Positions 9,105-19,038 of a DNA stretch of 64,000 bases are shown here, one piece after another (the stretch's first letter is position 1; each line of letters starts with the position of its first letter). The notes below the pieces were generated by a model, which worked only from the letters and a program-made list of their open reading frames with translations, was not told the DNA's origin and did not search any database. Source of the DNA: Escherichia phage vB_EcoM_ESCO10; the sequence record OM386655.1. One strand, given 5' to 3'. A program made the position numbers and the translations under genes.

Positions 9105-9998
9105 TTAAAGGACCACGTCCTCATAACGTGGCATTTCGTACTCGGAATGAATATGAGCACCAAAATAAATGAATTCAGCCAAACCAGGATGGAATACTAA
9201 ACCAGGGTTCTCATGATAAATGATATGTGGTCTTGATTTCAGAATCTGGTAATATTCAACCTTACTCGGTTTGAATTTAATAATCTCTACATCAGGACGA
9301 TAGTCTCCACGTTTAAATGAATCGTTGGGGTCAGTGATATAGAGTCGAGCACCTTCAGCCGCAGCTCGGTCTACAACTCGTTCGAATTGGTAGCATTTAT
9401 CAGAGATACGAAATGGGTGAAAAATACCATCAATTTTAATAGGCGCTAGACCATCAGAGTAACGCTCAATTACTGCCGGATTAATTACCTTTTGGTCTAC
9501 AAAAATCTTATCAGAGGATGCACCTCGTGACACCAGGACGTCTTTCTGGCATTGATTCAGGACTGTAGTATAAATCGAACGTTCGACTGAAGCCACATCA
9601 ATATCAATGAATTCGTCGATATAATAACGAGGAACTTCAGGGTCCATTGTGATATTAAAGTTGAATTGTACAGTCTGGGCACCATCATAACCTGTGATAT
9701 CAGTTACCAACCCTGAGCAGTCATAGTATTCGATTAATGAATCGACTACGAACTCGTTTTCAGACCAGAAATGTTTACGGGTTTCATAAGCATTTTCTTT
9801 ATACCAAAGTGGCACAAAATTCAGTTCAGGGAATAACTCGATGCACTGGTTGATATCGCTCGAATTTCTAGGATAAGCCAGATAATCACCTGGCCGAGCA
9901 CGGTTTAAATGGAGTTGAAAATTGCCGTCCTTAAGGACAGCATATTCACCCGTTTCGTAACTACGCATACTGAAAATAGGAACGATAAACAGACTCAT
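9105..9998 (-). CDS. hypothetical protein in the beta-glucosyltransferase slot; candidate hmC DNA sugar transferase
   Basis: 297 aa; occupies the uvsX-42 position where T4 has beta-gt but does not resemble T4 Bgt; ATGA-coupled to gene 42; function inferred from position only. Confidence 0.6.
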   Translation of the reverse strand: MSLFIVPIFSMRSYETGEYAVLKDGNFQLHLNRARPGDYLAYPRNSSDINQCIELFPELNFVPLWYKENAYETRKHFWSENEFVVDSLIEYYDCSGLVTDITGYDGAQTVQFNFNITMDPEVPRYYIDEFIDIDVASVERSIYTTVLNQCQKDVLVSRGASSDKIFVDQKVINPAVIERYSDGLAPIKIDGIFHPFRISDKCYQFERVVDRAAAEGARLYITDPNDSFKRGDYRPDVEIIKFKPSKVEYYQILKSRPHIIYHENPGLVFHPGLAEFIYFGAHIHSEYEMPRYEDVVL

Positions 9999-10693
9999 TT
10001 CAGGAAACCTCGGACGTAGTCAAAATCACGTTCAAATACGTGTGCACTAACCATGGTGTGAGAATACGTACCCAAACCAACACCACACTGCTCTGCAATA
10101 AAGGCCATCAGTTTGCCCTGCAGATAGAAATCAAGCTGCATAACAACAGCACAGTTCTGTGAACGCATATGGGTATGTGCATACAAACGACCATCACGAA
10201 TGTAATACGTTACCGAATCAGTACAAGGATATTCTAGGGATTCGTCAGAATCAAGGAGAGCTTGGTCTTGTTCTTGGAGAATCTGGAACACAACTCTTCG
10301 CGAGTTAGGCTTTTCTTTAAGCTCTTTAAGTAGGGCTGGGAGCTGGGCCACAATTCGAGGTCCATAGAAAGTGTTGAAGTTTGCAGGCAATACGTCACTT
10401 TTCGGCTTATCAATGAACTTAGCAACATTAGGGTATTCCTTAAATGCTTCGGCGGCATCAGTACCACCGGAAATCATAAACTTCCAGAAAGATTCGGCAT
10501 AATCATAGTTGATACGATTAATACGAGGGTCAGTGAATTTATAGGTGCTTGCATCCAGTACTTCTACCGAAGCAGAACCAACTTCATAACAACGTCCGAT
10601 ACGAGAATCAACTGCAAACTGCGGAGCTTCCAGGATTTCTTCGTTCATTTGTTTAAATGCATTTTCAAAACTAACAGCGGTAATGTGTTTCAT
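9995..10693 (-). CDS. 42: dCMP hydroxymethylase gp42
   Basis: 232 aa; thymidylate-synthase-like; matches T4 gp42 from memory. Confidence 0.85.
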   Translation of the reverse strand: MKHITAVSFENAFKQMNEEILEAPQFAVDSRIGRCYEVGSASVEVLDASTYKFTDPRINRINYDYAESFWKFMISGGTDAAEAFKEYPNVAKFIDKPKSDVLPANFNTFYGPRIVAQLPALLKELKEKPNSRRVVFQILQEQDQALLDSDESLEYPCTDSVTYYIRDGRLYAHTHMRSQNCAVVMQLDFYLQGKLMAFIAEQCGVGLGTYSHTMVSAHVFERDFDYVRGFLK

Positions 10694-11226
10694 TTATTCA
10701 CCTTATTTTCAATATATTCATTCAGACGTTTTAATTCTACCATATCAACATTAAGCAAATTATTATGGCCATCATGATTTAAGATTTTAAACACGTTTTC
10801 AAAACATGTTTCGTATTGTCTGACAGTTAGGTTGAACTCATCTTTAGTTAATTTAATAAGGTCGTCTTCAAAGTCTTCATCCAACGGATTACGAGTTAAA
10901 ATAACCTCAATGATATTGAACTCTTCTTTGAATTCTTTCCAGTCTTTAAGCTCTTCTAATGGGTCCATTTCACCACGAAGGAATCCTGAGTAAACAATAT
11001 TACTAGGATACCCACGGTCTAAGATATAGACAAAATTTGGGTCTAAAAACTTATACAGAGTTTCAACTAGAGCCTTATCATTATCAGTTCCTAATGAAAT
11101 ACATTTACCGTTAATCTTCTTAGGAAAATCAATAAGCTTAAAATTAGTATTATTAAGTAATTTGTTAATTAAAGTAGACTTCCCGGAATTATCCGGGCCG
11201 TCGATAACAATGATTTTTGGTTTCAC
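10690..11226 (-). CDS. P-loop nucleotide/nucleoside kinase-like protein (dNK/TMK-like)
   Basis: 178 aa; Walker A IVIDGPDNSGKST at the N-terminus and DRGY motif; ATGA overlap with neighbours. Confidence 0.7.
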   Translation of the reverse strand: MKPKIIVIDGPDNSGKSTLINKLLNNTNFKLIDFPKKINGKCISLGTDNDKALVETLYKFLDPNFVYILDRGYPSNIVYSGFLRGEMDPLEELKDWKEFKEEFNIIEVILTRNPLDEDFEDDLIKLTKDEFNLTVRQYETCFENVFKILNHDGHNNLLNVDMVELKRLNEYIENKVNK

Positions 11227-11606
11227 GGATGATATGCCTTATAGGTTTCAAGAGTTCCTTCACGAACCATTTCTTTAAAGTGGTCGGGACGGATTGCTCG
11301 GTCATCAATGATAAAATTATAACTCGGCTTGTGTGTAAGCAAATTGTGATATTTCAATCCAATTTTTTCAAGGTTCTTAACCAATGCAGGAACTACTTCA
11401 ACCAAGATTCGACCAGGGCCACATGAAGTCATACCACGGGCGGTGAACAATGTAATCTCGCACCCTTCATCATAAAGCTTGTTAATCATGGACACCATTT
11501 CAGTGTCCGGTTTAAAGTTTTCATAATCACGGTCATGGTTCCAAATCGTGATTGTGTTATCTATATCAAAACATAAATGCGGCTTATTTTCTACTCGATG
11601 GGACAT
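11223..11606 (-). CDS. HAD-superfamily phosphatase (small, capless)
   Basis: HAD motifs I CFDIDNTIT, II LFTAR, III HKP, IV IIDDR; start chosen as the ATG overlapping the upstream stop (TAATG); track ORF begins 5 codons earlier. Confidence 0.75.
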   Translation of the reverse strand: MSHRVENKPHLCFDIDNTITIWNHDRDYENFKPDTEMVSMINKLYDEGCEITLFTARGMTSCGPGRILVEVVPALVKNLEKIGLKYHNLLTHKPSYNFIIDDRAIRPDHFKEMVREGTLETYKAYHP

Positions 11607-13279
11607 TAAATTTTCTTCCATTGTTTGTGGAGTTCAGTAGAACCTGTAGGTTTATATTTTACACCAGTTTCCTGGTCAAGCAAAACCCACTTATCAGGAC
11701 AACGAGTAATAATTTGTGCCGTAATAGGGTCACGAACTTCATCAACGAATTCACCTGTAATAAGCTTACGCTTACGAGGGTGCCGCTTAAGCAACACACT
11801 CAGTTGGTACAAACCATTGTAATAAGCACCTAGAGCTTTCAGAGGATTATTCTTAAAGTAACCCGCTAGCGCCATCCAAATAACAGCAATCCAGAGCTTG
11901 TGCTTAAATGTACACATCGGAATATCGTCTAAAGGCATGACCTTTTCAATATCAACGAATACGCGAGTTCCATTACGGGTTAAGCCACCCCATAGAGGGT
12001 CTGAGTTAAATTTATCATAGCCATCGATAGAATAAAGAACCTTAGCTTCATCATAAATCGCAGGGCCTTTAGAACTATTGCCGAAATAACCACGTGGGTC
12101 GATGATTTTAATATCACCTTCGTCCGACAGCATAATATTACTGTAGTGCGGGTCGCCATGAATAAGTTGATACGGTTCTTTATGTTCAGACAGAATTTCT
12201 AAGGCATGACGAAGAAGTTTTTCTGGATTACCAACCTTGAAATCGTTAACATGGGTGATGCCCTGTGGAGCAAAGCCTTCAATCAATCCAGCAATAGAAG
12301 CATTACGAATCAGGACCTTGTCCAATACTTCTTTCTTAACATCAGAATACCATTGCTCATCAGATGGGTTATCGATAGTTCCGCCAAATGAACGTAATGC
12401 ACTAATGACCTTATAAACCATGAGGACTTTAGTTTCTTTAGACATAAACCGGTAGGCGTCCGCCATAGTACGGCCAAAAATACGTTCCATCTTAATAAAT
12501 TCACCTGGAGCAAAGTCTACAATGCTCGGAACGAATTCAGAATCAATAGAATTATACCAATTGATTTCTTTAGATTGAATTTCTTTACCTAATTCGTTGG
12601 TTGGTACTTTAATAGCCAGATTCTCAGTGAATTCTAATTTATTAAATTCGCGATTAATTTCAGAATCTTCATGAGCCTTGGCCAGTTTCAGTTTATCGCC
12701 AACATCAACTACAAAGTCCAGCTTACGTTCAGTCAAATAAACCATTGAATCCAGATTGTCCGCAAGGTCTTCGCCGTAATTAGAGCGGTCGAATCCTGTC
12801 CAATTCGCCACCTGATACAAACCAACTACACCACCACCTGTACCAATTTCACGTAAGTACGGTTCTTCAAATGTAAAGCGACAATCGGTCCCATAGGTAT
12901 AACAATAATCATTACCCCACTCAACTTTATGGCCTTCAGGAATTATGTCACACCAGTTAAATAGAACGTTATGCCCGATAATATCTTCAGCAATGCAATC
13001 AATAGCATGAGCTGAACCGTTAGCAACATCCACATTACGAATAGTGAATTTAGGCTTATCACTAGTAATCATGTTAATGGATTTAATATAGCCTTTAACG
13101 AGGTCGTTAAATTTGCTGTGAATAACCAGAATAATTTCATCTGATTGGTTACTATACAAATCATACAAATGCTTTAATACCGTATGTTGTTTATAGTTAA
13201 CCAATACCTTAGGGATTTCATTAGTAATTGGATACAACCGTGAGCCAAGACCTGCGCCTAAAATAACAACCTTTTTCAT
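11606..13279 (-). CDS. bifunctional sugar-1-phosphate nucleotidyltransferase (N-terminal) / APH-choline-kinase-fold kinase (C-terminal)
   Basis: 557 aa from ATG with GAGGAA RBS; N-terminal VVILGAGLGSRLYPIT (GlmU/RmlA-type motif); C-terminal HGDPHYSNIML...IDPRG (Brenner catalytic loop of APH/CK kinases). Confidence 0.8.
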   Translation of the reverse strand: MKKVVILGAGLGSRLYPITNEIPKVLVNYKQHTVLKHLYDLYSNQSDEIILVIHSKFNDLVKGYIKSINMITSDKPKFTIRNVDVANGSAHAIDCIAEDIIGHNVLFNWCDIIPEGHKVEWGNDYCYTYGTDCRFTFEEPYLREIGTGGGVVGLYQVANWTGFDRSNYGEDLADNLDSMVYLTERKLDFVVDVGDKLKLAKAHEDSEINREFNKLEFTENLAIKVPTNELGKEIQSKEINWYNSIDSEFVPSIVDFAPGEFIKMERIFGRTMADAYRFMSKETKVLMVYKVISALRSFGGTIDNPSDEQWYSDVKKEVLDKVLIRNASIAGLIEGFAPQGITHVNDFKVGNPEKLLRHALEILSEHKEPYQLIHGDPHYSNIMLSDEGDIKIIDPRGYFGNSSKGPAIYDEAKVLYSIDGYDKFNSDPLWGGLTRNGTRVFVDIEKVMPLDDIPMCTFKHKLWIAVIWMALAGYFKNNPLKALGAYYNGLYQLSVLLKRHPRKRKLITGEFVDEVRDPITAQIITRCPDKWVLLDQETGVKYKPTGSTELHKQWKKI

Positions 13280-13339
13280 TATCTGTTCCTCAAGTGAATG
13301 TAGGTACATTATACACTATTTTTAATAAATTTCTATTGC

Positions 13340-13840
13340 TTAAATCTTATCTTTACCGTATTCCATACACTGTTCTAATGCGGCAGGCACTTTGGTCTTA
13401 AGCTTGTTGATTTGTTTCTTATAATCACGGGCCTTATCAAAGCTTTCAGTTTCGAGCATTTCGTAATAACGGGCCTCATGGATGGAAATCTGTAGATTGA
13501 TATGATTATAACACATTGAGTACAGTTTCTGTTTCTTATATAGGTCGTCTTGTCGCTTCATTTCTGCCTGGTGTTTGGCAAGTACGGCTTCGCGCTTAGA
13601 CTCTTGTTCACGTTGAAATTCAATTTCACGAGCCGCATATTTACCGCAGTTATTTCCGCATTGGTTATTAGCTCGGGTATAAGTAATTCCCGACCCGGCG
13701 CGGAACTTAACTTCACCATCATACTGTTTCTGTTCAGCTGCAATACGAGCTTTACCTACTTCGTCAGCTGTAATAGCTTCACCGTATTGGACTGCACACC
13801 CAGAGAGTAATAATGATGCTGCGATAATTAGCTTTTTCAC
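13340..13840 (-). CDS. lipoprotein (166 aa)
   Basis: signal peptide with lipobox LLSGC; charged coiled-coil-like remainder. Confidence 0.6.
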   Translation of the reverse strand: MKKLIIAASLLLSGCAVQYGEAITADEVGKARIAAEQKQYDGEVKFRAGSGITYTRANNQCGNNCGKYAAREIEFQREQESKREAVLAKHQAEMKRQDDLYKKQKLYSMCYNHINLQISIHEARYYEMLETESFDKARDYKKQINKLKTKVPAALEQCMEYGKDKI

Positions 13841-13983
13841 GATGGTTCCTTAATTAAAACAGTTATACTTAATTTGTGCTATAAGAATAATCCATCCAAT
13901 GATTAGTGTTGGAATCATCGGTGGAATAGCCACTGCCCAATAAACGGTAAAGGCAGTCATTATAAGAAATAAAATAATTATTT

Positions 13984-14220
13984 TCATTGTTTAACAATAA
14001 TGATTTGTGCATTTGATTTACGTTCAGCGGCGATCGCCCAGATTAAAGCCACTACCCAACCAATCATCGTCCAACCCAACAGGAGATTAAGGAAGAAAAT
14101 TCCTACATTACTACGAGTGCCTCGCAGAAGAGCTAGAATCCATGGTAAGAAGTAACCAATGAACATAACGACCAGAGAACCGAATCCTAAAACACCTGCA
14201 CTAACGATTAAAGCTTCCAT
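13984..14220 (-). CDS. small two-TM membrane protein, Imm-like (superinfection immunity) by position
   Basis: 78 aa; two hydrophobic helices; located between genes 42 and 43 as imm in T4. Confidence 0.5.
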   Translation of the reverse strand: MEALIVSAGVLGFGSLVVMFIGYFLPWILALLRGTRSNVGIFFLNLLLGWTMIGWVVALIWAIAAERKSNAQIIIVKQ

Positions 14221-14238
14221 TGTAATTTCCTCTTAAGT

Positions 14239-14282
14239 AGTTGTTAGGAAGGATAATACCACGTTCCGTGTGGTATGTAAAC
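14239..14282 (-). promoter_or_regulatory. early-promoter-like element (variant of the repeat family)
   Basis: GTTTAC plus TATTAT-type -10 on minus strand, upstream of the imm-like gene. Confidence 0.45.
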
Positions 14283-14284
14283 AC

Positions 14285-16996
14285 TTAAAAGTCGAACATG
14301 TCAAATAATGTCGCTTTTTTCTCATAGTTGATTTTAGCAGACTCGGTAAAACCGGTTAGAGGTTTGATAAAGGTCTTTTGGAACAATACGTTGTAGTCCA
14401 TCCAACGGAGAACTTGGTCGCGAATCTGAACTGGAAGCTCAATACCTGACGGCCACGCCATACAAGCTTCACCGAACGGGTTGCCTTCTTTAAGCGGCAG
14501 TACATATACCTTTTCACCGTCAACGATACGAGGCATAGTCAAATCACCTGCAGAAGCACGCATATAAGCTAAGCAACCTTTGATATGGTATGGGCATTTA
14601 GAACCAGGGAAACCGCCTTCATTATATTTCTCAATGTTGTTAGCACTGGATACTGCAGCAATGCTTACGTAGTCCAGTTCGTTGAATTCTTTATTAAACT
14701 GTTTGAAATATTCTTGTAAAGAAGCCTCGCCTTCTTGAAGCATACGACGGATGCATTCTTTCAGTGCTTTCTGAACTGCTTTAGGTGTACTTGATTTCTG
14801 GGTTTCGAGACCCATGATTTTCAAGTGAGGTTCAGCATAACGGGTGCCTTCCATGTCCCAAACGTTAAGTGCATAACGTTTCTTGCCAGTCCAGAATCCA
14901 CCAAGACCTTTAGAACCAAGTGGAGGTCCTGCGATAGCTTCTCGGTCCATGAACATCAAGTGTTGTTTGTTGTTCATGTATTCACACATCTCACGGAAGC
15001 CTACGTCAATAGCTGGTTCCATACGTTCACGTGCAAATTTATCTAAGAAGTCAACCCAGTGGTTAGTATCACGGAATTTTTCTTCGCCTACTTTATTGAT
15101 GATTGCATCTGCCTTAACATAAATGGAGTCAGTATCACCATAGAGCACGAACTTCTGGTTTTCAGTCTTACACACGCTATTCAGATATTCGTTAACCTTA
15201 CGTTCAATCCATTGGAGGGCCATTTGACCAAACAATGTGATTGCAGTGGCATTGCGCAAATCATAGTAACGGAACCATACGTTACCAAGTGCACCATAAA
15301 GGGAGTTGATAAGCAACTTACGGTTAATCTGAGCCGTCATACCTGCGACTTCAGTACGTTCGGCTTTGAACAACATTTTCTCTAGAACAACCCTACTTAG
15401 ATTGCTGAGTTCTTTTTTAATTTCGTCGTTGAAGTCAAAACGGTAATCAACTTCAGGTTCTTTATTAAGAGAGCGAGAAGGATTTTCTAATGCTTCTTTA
15501 ATTAACTCGCCATTACGTTGGGCTGCAAGCATATAACCTTTATGTTCTTTACGCTGTAAGAACACCTTCGTGATTTCTGTAGGAATCACACCATCGCGGT
15601 CTTTAAAATACATCATGCCGTTAGGAGAGCAACTGTAGGTATCGCTAGGACGCGGAGCAGTTCCGGCAATATATTCATGTATCGGCGCGTTAGCGAATGT
15701 CCCTGCGATGGTCTCTGGGCTAATATTCACCTGTCGAATGATACTCGGGTACAGAGATGTAAGGTCGAAACTCATTACATATTTGTAGGCATTAGGAATC
15801 GGTTCCTTAACGAAAGCACCAGGATAAGGTTGAACCATATGCGACCTAGCCTGAGGAATAACTTTACCCTGTTCTTTAAGACTGTTAAAAATGATAGCGT
15901 CCCAAGTCTTAATAGGGCTGAACACCGACTGAATCTGCATCTTAGCATAGTAACCCATGTCTAGGCTCAGAAGAATGAACTGGCGCTTCATATCAATCTG
16001 CACAACACGATATACGTCGATAATGTTATAGGAAATATATCGTTGGTGGTTAGTCTCACGTAATTTAGAGATCGGGCCATCGTATTTCAACTTACCTACT
16101 TTCAATTCATATTCAGAAACATAATCCAGAGAATAAGATGGTTGGTTGGTAAAGCTGAATTTTTTATAAAGGTCGATATAATCCAGAACACTGATACCGA
16201 ACAGTGTAATGATTTCACGAGCACCATACATGTTCTCGATAACTTTAACACGAGTCTTACGATGTGGGCTTAATCGCTTAGCGGTGTTCTCACCAAACAG
16301 ATTTTTCAGACGGTTATAAACATATGGCACGTCAAATGATTCAACGTTCCAACCGGTCAAAATCACAGGAGTTTTCTGTTGCCAGAAGTTTAGGTATTCA
16401 AGCATCATTTCTTCTTCAGAATTAAACGGAAGATAAACGATTTTGTCAATGATTTCCTGTGGAACTTCGTCACCACCTTCGTCTTGGAGTTTCTCAGCGA
16501 TTTTAATCGACCACTCTTCGACCGTACCATAAGGTGAAACTAAAAGGTCAAATACATAGAATTTATCGTCAATCGAGTCGTAGTGAGTAATGGCATCGAT
16601 CGGATGTTTAGCCTGGGCCGGTTCAGGGAATCCATCAGGAGATGTTACCTCGATGTCGAAGTTAGCAATACGAATCTTAGAAGAATCATACTTGATTTCT
16701 TTACGATAGGTATCGGACAAATATGCCAATTTATAGTCGTCCATACCAAGGGCTTCAAGTCCCATATCGTCCATGCGCTTCATCCACTGAGAGGCGTCAC
16801 GCATTGAATCAAATTCTTTCTTAATACAACCTTTACCATAGATGTCAATATATTTTACGGCTTGTTCTGGGTTGGCATGCATAAACATCGTAGGCTTGTA
16901 AGGAACTTCACGACTACGTTCTTTGCCATTTTTATCGATGTATCGTTCGAGAATATTATCACCGATTTGTTCGACTGTCAAATAGAATTCTTGCAT
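14285..16996 (-). CDS. 43: DNA polymerase gp43 (family B)
   Basis: 903 aa from ATG at 16994-16996 (RBS AAAGGAAA); the track ORF to 17170 is an upstream extension overlapping regA; matches T4/RB69-type gp43 from memory. Confidence 0.95.
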   Translation of the reverse strand: MQEFYLTVEQIGDNILERYIDKNGKERSREVPYKPTMFMHANPEQAVKYIDIYGKGCIKKEFDSMRDASQWMKRMDDMGLEALGMDDYKLAYLSDTYRKEIKYDSSKIRIANFDIEVTSPDGFPEPAQAKHPIDAITHYDSIDDKFYVFDLLVSPYGTVEEWSIKIAEKLQDEGGDEVPQEIIDKIVYLPFNSEEEMMLEYLNFWQQKTPVILTGWNVESFDVPYVYNRLKNLFGENTAKRLSPHRKTRVKVIENMYGAREIITLFGISVLDYIDLYKKFSFTNQPSYSLDYVSEYELKVGKLKYDGPISKLRETNHQRYISYNIIDVYRVVQIDMKRQFILLSLDMGYYAKMQIQSVFSPIKTWDAIIFNSLKEQGKVIPQARSHMVQPYPGAFVKEPIPNAYKYVMSFDLTSLYPSIIRQVNISPETIAGTFANAPIHEYIAGTAPRPSDTYSCSPNGMMYFKDRDGVIPTEITKVFLQRKEHKGYMLAAQRNGELIKEALENPSRSLNKEPEVDYRFDFNDEIKKELSNLSRVVLEKMLFKAERTEVAGMTAQINRKLLINSLYGALGNVWFRYYDLRNATAITLFGQMALQWIERKVNEYLNSVCKTENQKFVLYGDTDSIYVKADAIINKVGEEKFRDTNHWVDFLDKFARERMEPAIDVGFREMCEYMNNKQHLMFMDREAIAGPPLGSKGLGGFWTGKKRYALNVWDMEGTRYAEPHLKIMGLETQKSSTPKAVQKALKECIRRMLQEGEASLQEYFKQFNKEFNELDYVSIAAVSSANNIEKYNEGGFPGSKCPYHIKGCLAYMRASAGDLTMPRIVDGEKVYVLPLKEGNPFGEACMAWPSGIELPVQIRDQVLRWMDYNVLFQKTFIKPLTGFTESAKINYEKKATLFDMFDF

Positions 16997-17056
16997 TTCA
17001 TTTCCTTTATAGACGAGTGATTGTCTTTTGTTTGTTGGTGAATCATTATACTCCAA

Positions 17057-17076
17057 AAAGGGACCGAAGTCCCTTT
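17057..17076 (-). terminator. intrinsic terminator (GGGAC-UUCG-GUCCC + UUUUU) between regA and gene 43
   Basis: perfect hairpin with UUCG tetraloop followed by T5 on the minus strand; GGAGTATAAT follows immediately. Confidence 0.6.
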
Positions 17077-17084
17077 GCTTTATC

Positions 17085-17447
17085 TCAATTGCCAATTGTG
17101 TACTTAGACAACAGTTCCCAATCATTTTTCTGTTTAAAGGAAATGACACGGAAGTTATTAGTGATTTCAAACAATTCAGAATCGTCTACAATATCAATAA
17201 GTCCCCAATCCTTAAGAAGTTGAGCGATAGAATCGCGACGTTGGTAGTCTTCACCATCTATATCTACCTGGCGACCGTCCATACGTAACATTTCTTTAAA
17301 GTGGACAATATAATATAGCCCTTGCTTTTGCAAAATGTGGCAGGATTGATATAGTTTCTTTTCTTTATTATTAGCGATACCCATACGAGTTAGGGTTTCT
17401 TTCACTTTTAGGAAGTCTTCAGGTTGTTTCAGAGTAATTTCAATCAT
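17085..17447 (-). CDS. regA: translational repressor RegA
   Basis: 120 aa; MIEITLK.PEDFLKVKETLTRMGIANNK matches T4 RegA. Confidence 0.9.
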   Translation of the reverse strand: MIEITLKQPEDFLKVKETLTRMGIANNKEKKLYQSCHILQKQGLYYIVHFKEMLRMDGRQVDIDGEDYQRRDSIAQLLKDWGLIDIVDDSELFEITNNFRVISFKQKNDWELLSKYTIGN

Positions 17448-17448
17448 T

Positions 17449-18027
17449 TTACCATTCCAATGCTTGCTTTTTAAATTGTTTTTGTTCTTTCACATTCTTA
17501 GTCACTGTTTTTAAGAATTCGTCCGTAACAATACCTTTAACTCGTTTAAGGAATTCACCGAGTTTATTTTTTGCTGTTAACATTTCACGATACATAACTG
17601 CATCATTGTTATTGATTTTATAAAACTTCATCAGAAGATTATTAATTAATCTATTGTCAACCGTATCTTCAGAAGCTTTAGCCCATTTACCAAAGCGCTT
17701 ACCCTTACTTACAGAATTCAAATAATAATTATAATGAGCTTGGTCATCAAGTCCTGCACCAAGTAAATTCATACGGTTGACTGCAATAATACAATCAACG
17801 TGTTGGCTTAAACTATTATCAAGCCAGAATTTGTTATAGTTATCAGATTTGTCAATATCACGGGTGCCTTTATTAAAGGTAATATCATTCATGATAGCAA
17901 ACAATTCGTTTTCAGGTTTTTCTTTAAATGAATCAGCCAGTTCCTGAATCTTAGCCATATCGCGTGATTTCCACGCGAGTTCGTGTTCGTTGAGTTCAAC
18001 GTCGTCATCAAAAAGACTTATAGCCAT
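17449..18027 (-). CDS. 62: clamp loader small subunit gp62
   Basis: 192 aa; position and size as T4 gp62. Confidence 0.85.
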   Translation of the reverse strand: MAISLFDDDVELNEHELAWKSRDMAKIQELADSFKEKPENELFAIMNDITFNKGTRDIDKSDNYNKFWLDNSLSQHVDCIIAVNRMNLLGAGLDDQAHYNYYLNSVSKGKRFGKWAKASEDTVDNRLINNLLMKFYKINNNDAVMYREMLTAKNKLGEFLKRVKGIVTDEFLKTVTKNVKEQKQFKKQALEW

Positions 18028-18977
18028 TGCAGTTCCATCATCAGAAGAGTAAACATATAGGTCAAATGAATTTCGATGTTCGAAGCTAATCCATGGTATT
18101 GGTTGGATTCACCGACGATTTCATACATACGAATCTTAGATGGGCCTGGGAGTTTATCATAAAGCTCTGTAGTTAGTTTAGCAATAAAGTTGTTGTAGTC
18201 GTTTGCATAACGAGGAGCAAAACCACGTAGAGCTTTAAAGTCCTTGGCCTTCAGTGCATCGATAACTTCATCAATAGGAGTTTTGGTATTGGTAATAGTA
18301 CTCAGAATACCAGCATCGATTTTACCTTTCAAAGAGTACTGGTCTAGTTGGTTAATTACACGACGCATATCAGGAAAGTTTTGTTTAACCAATGCACCGA
18401 CTACCTTAAGGTCTTCGATTTCAACAGATTCATTCTTACAGATTTCAATTGAACGTCGAATCATCTGTTTCATCATATCAGTTTGGTCTGTAGGGGTTGC
18501 TTCACCGAATTTGATTACACGACATCGAGATTGGAGCGGAGTAATAATACCATCAATATTGTTGGCAGTAATAACCACCGAACAGTTATTAGAGTAGGCA
18601 TCGATAAACGAACGCATATACCGTTGAGATTCAGCTACACCTTGTGAATCATATTCGTCGATTACAATTACCTTACGGCGGCCTTCCATTGACAAAGATG
18701 AAGCAAAACGAGTAAGCTCTCCACGAACGAAATCAATACGACAGTCAGAACCTTTAACAAAAAGCATCTCAGCATTTGTATCGTTACATAAAGCTCTGGC
18801 CACAGTAGTTTTACCTGTACCTGGAGAAGAGGAAACAAGAATAAGGTTAGGTACTAAGCCTTTTTCAACGATTGCACGAAAAATATTTTTATCGTGTTCT
18901 GGAAGGATACATTCTTCAATAGTTCCTGGGCGATATTTCAATTCCCACATGAACTCGGTATTATCAATTGTTAACAT
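18018..18977 (-). CDS. 44: clamp loader large subunit gp44 (AAA+)
   Basis: 319 aa; Walker A SPGTGKTT, Walker B VIVIDE. Confidence 0.9.
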   Translation of the reverse strand: MLTIDNTEFMWELKYRPGTIEECILPEHDKNIFRAIVEKGLVPNLILVSSSPGTGKTTVARALCNDTNAEMLFVKGSDCRIDFVRGELTRFASSLSMEGRRKVIVIDEYDSQGVAESQRYMRSFIDAYSNNCSVVITANNIDGIITPLQSRCRVIKFGEATPTDQTDMMKQMIRRSIEICKNESVEIEDLKVVGALVKQNFPDMRRVINQLDQYSLKGKIDAGILSTITNTKTPIDEVIDALKAKDFKALRGFAPRYANDYNNFIAKLTTELYDKLPGPSKIRMYEIVGESNQYHGLASNIEIHLTYMFTLLMMELQWL

Positions 18978-19013
18978 ATTAATTTCCTCAGTTGGTTTTA
19001 GATATTATACTCC

Positions 19014-19034
19014 ATGGGAGGATTCTCCTCCCAT
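19014..19034 (-). promoter_or_regulatory. stem-loop in the 45-44 intercistronic leader (candidate translational operator or promoter context)
   Basis: 9-bp perfect inverted repeat ATGGGAGGA/TCCTCCCAT; GGAGTATAAT immediately downstream on minus strand; same architecture as upstream of gene 43. Confidence 0.4.
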
Positions 19035-19038
19035 TTGC

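Noticed and set aside
17040-17085. MotA-dependent middle promoter upstream of gene 43 and gene 44 (AAGCAAA next to TATAAT)
   Set aside because: On the transcribed minus strand the motif reads AAGCAAA, the reverse complement of the MotA box TGCTT, so the orientation is wrong; the TATAAT may still be a promoter -10 but MotA dependence is not supported.
14285-17170. Track ORF giving a 961-aa DNA polymerase
   Set aside because: The first 58 codons are an upstream extension overlapping regA and the terminator; the ATG at 16994-16996 with a good RBS gives the 903-aa length expected for a T4/RB69-type gp43.
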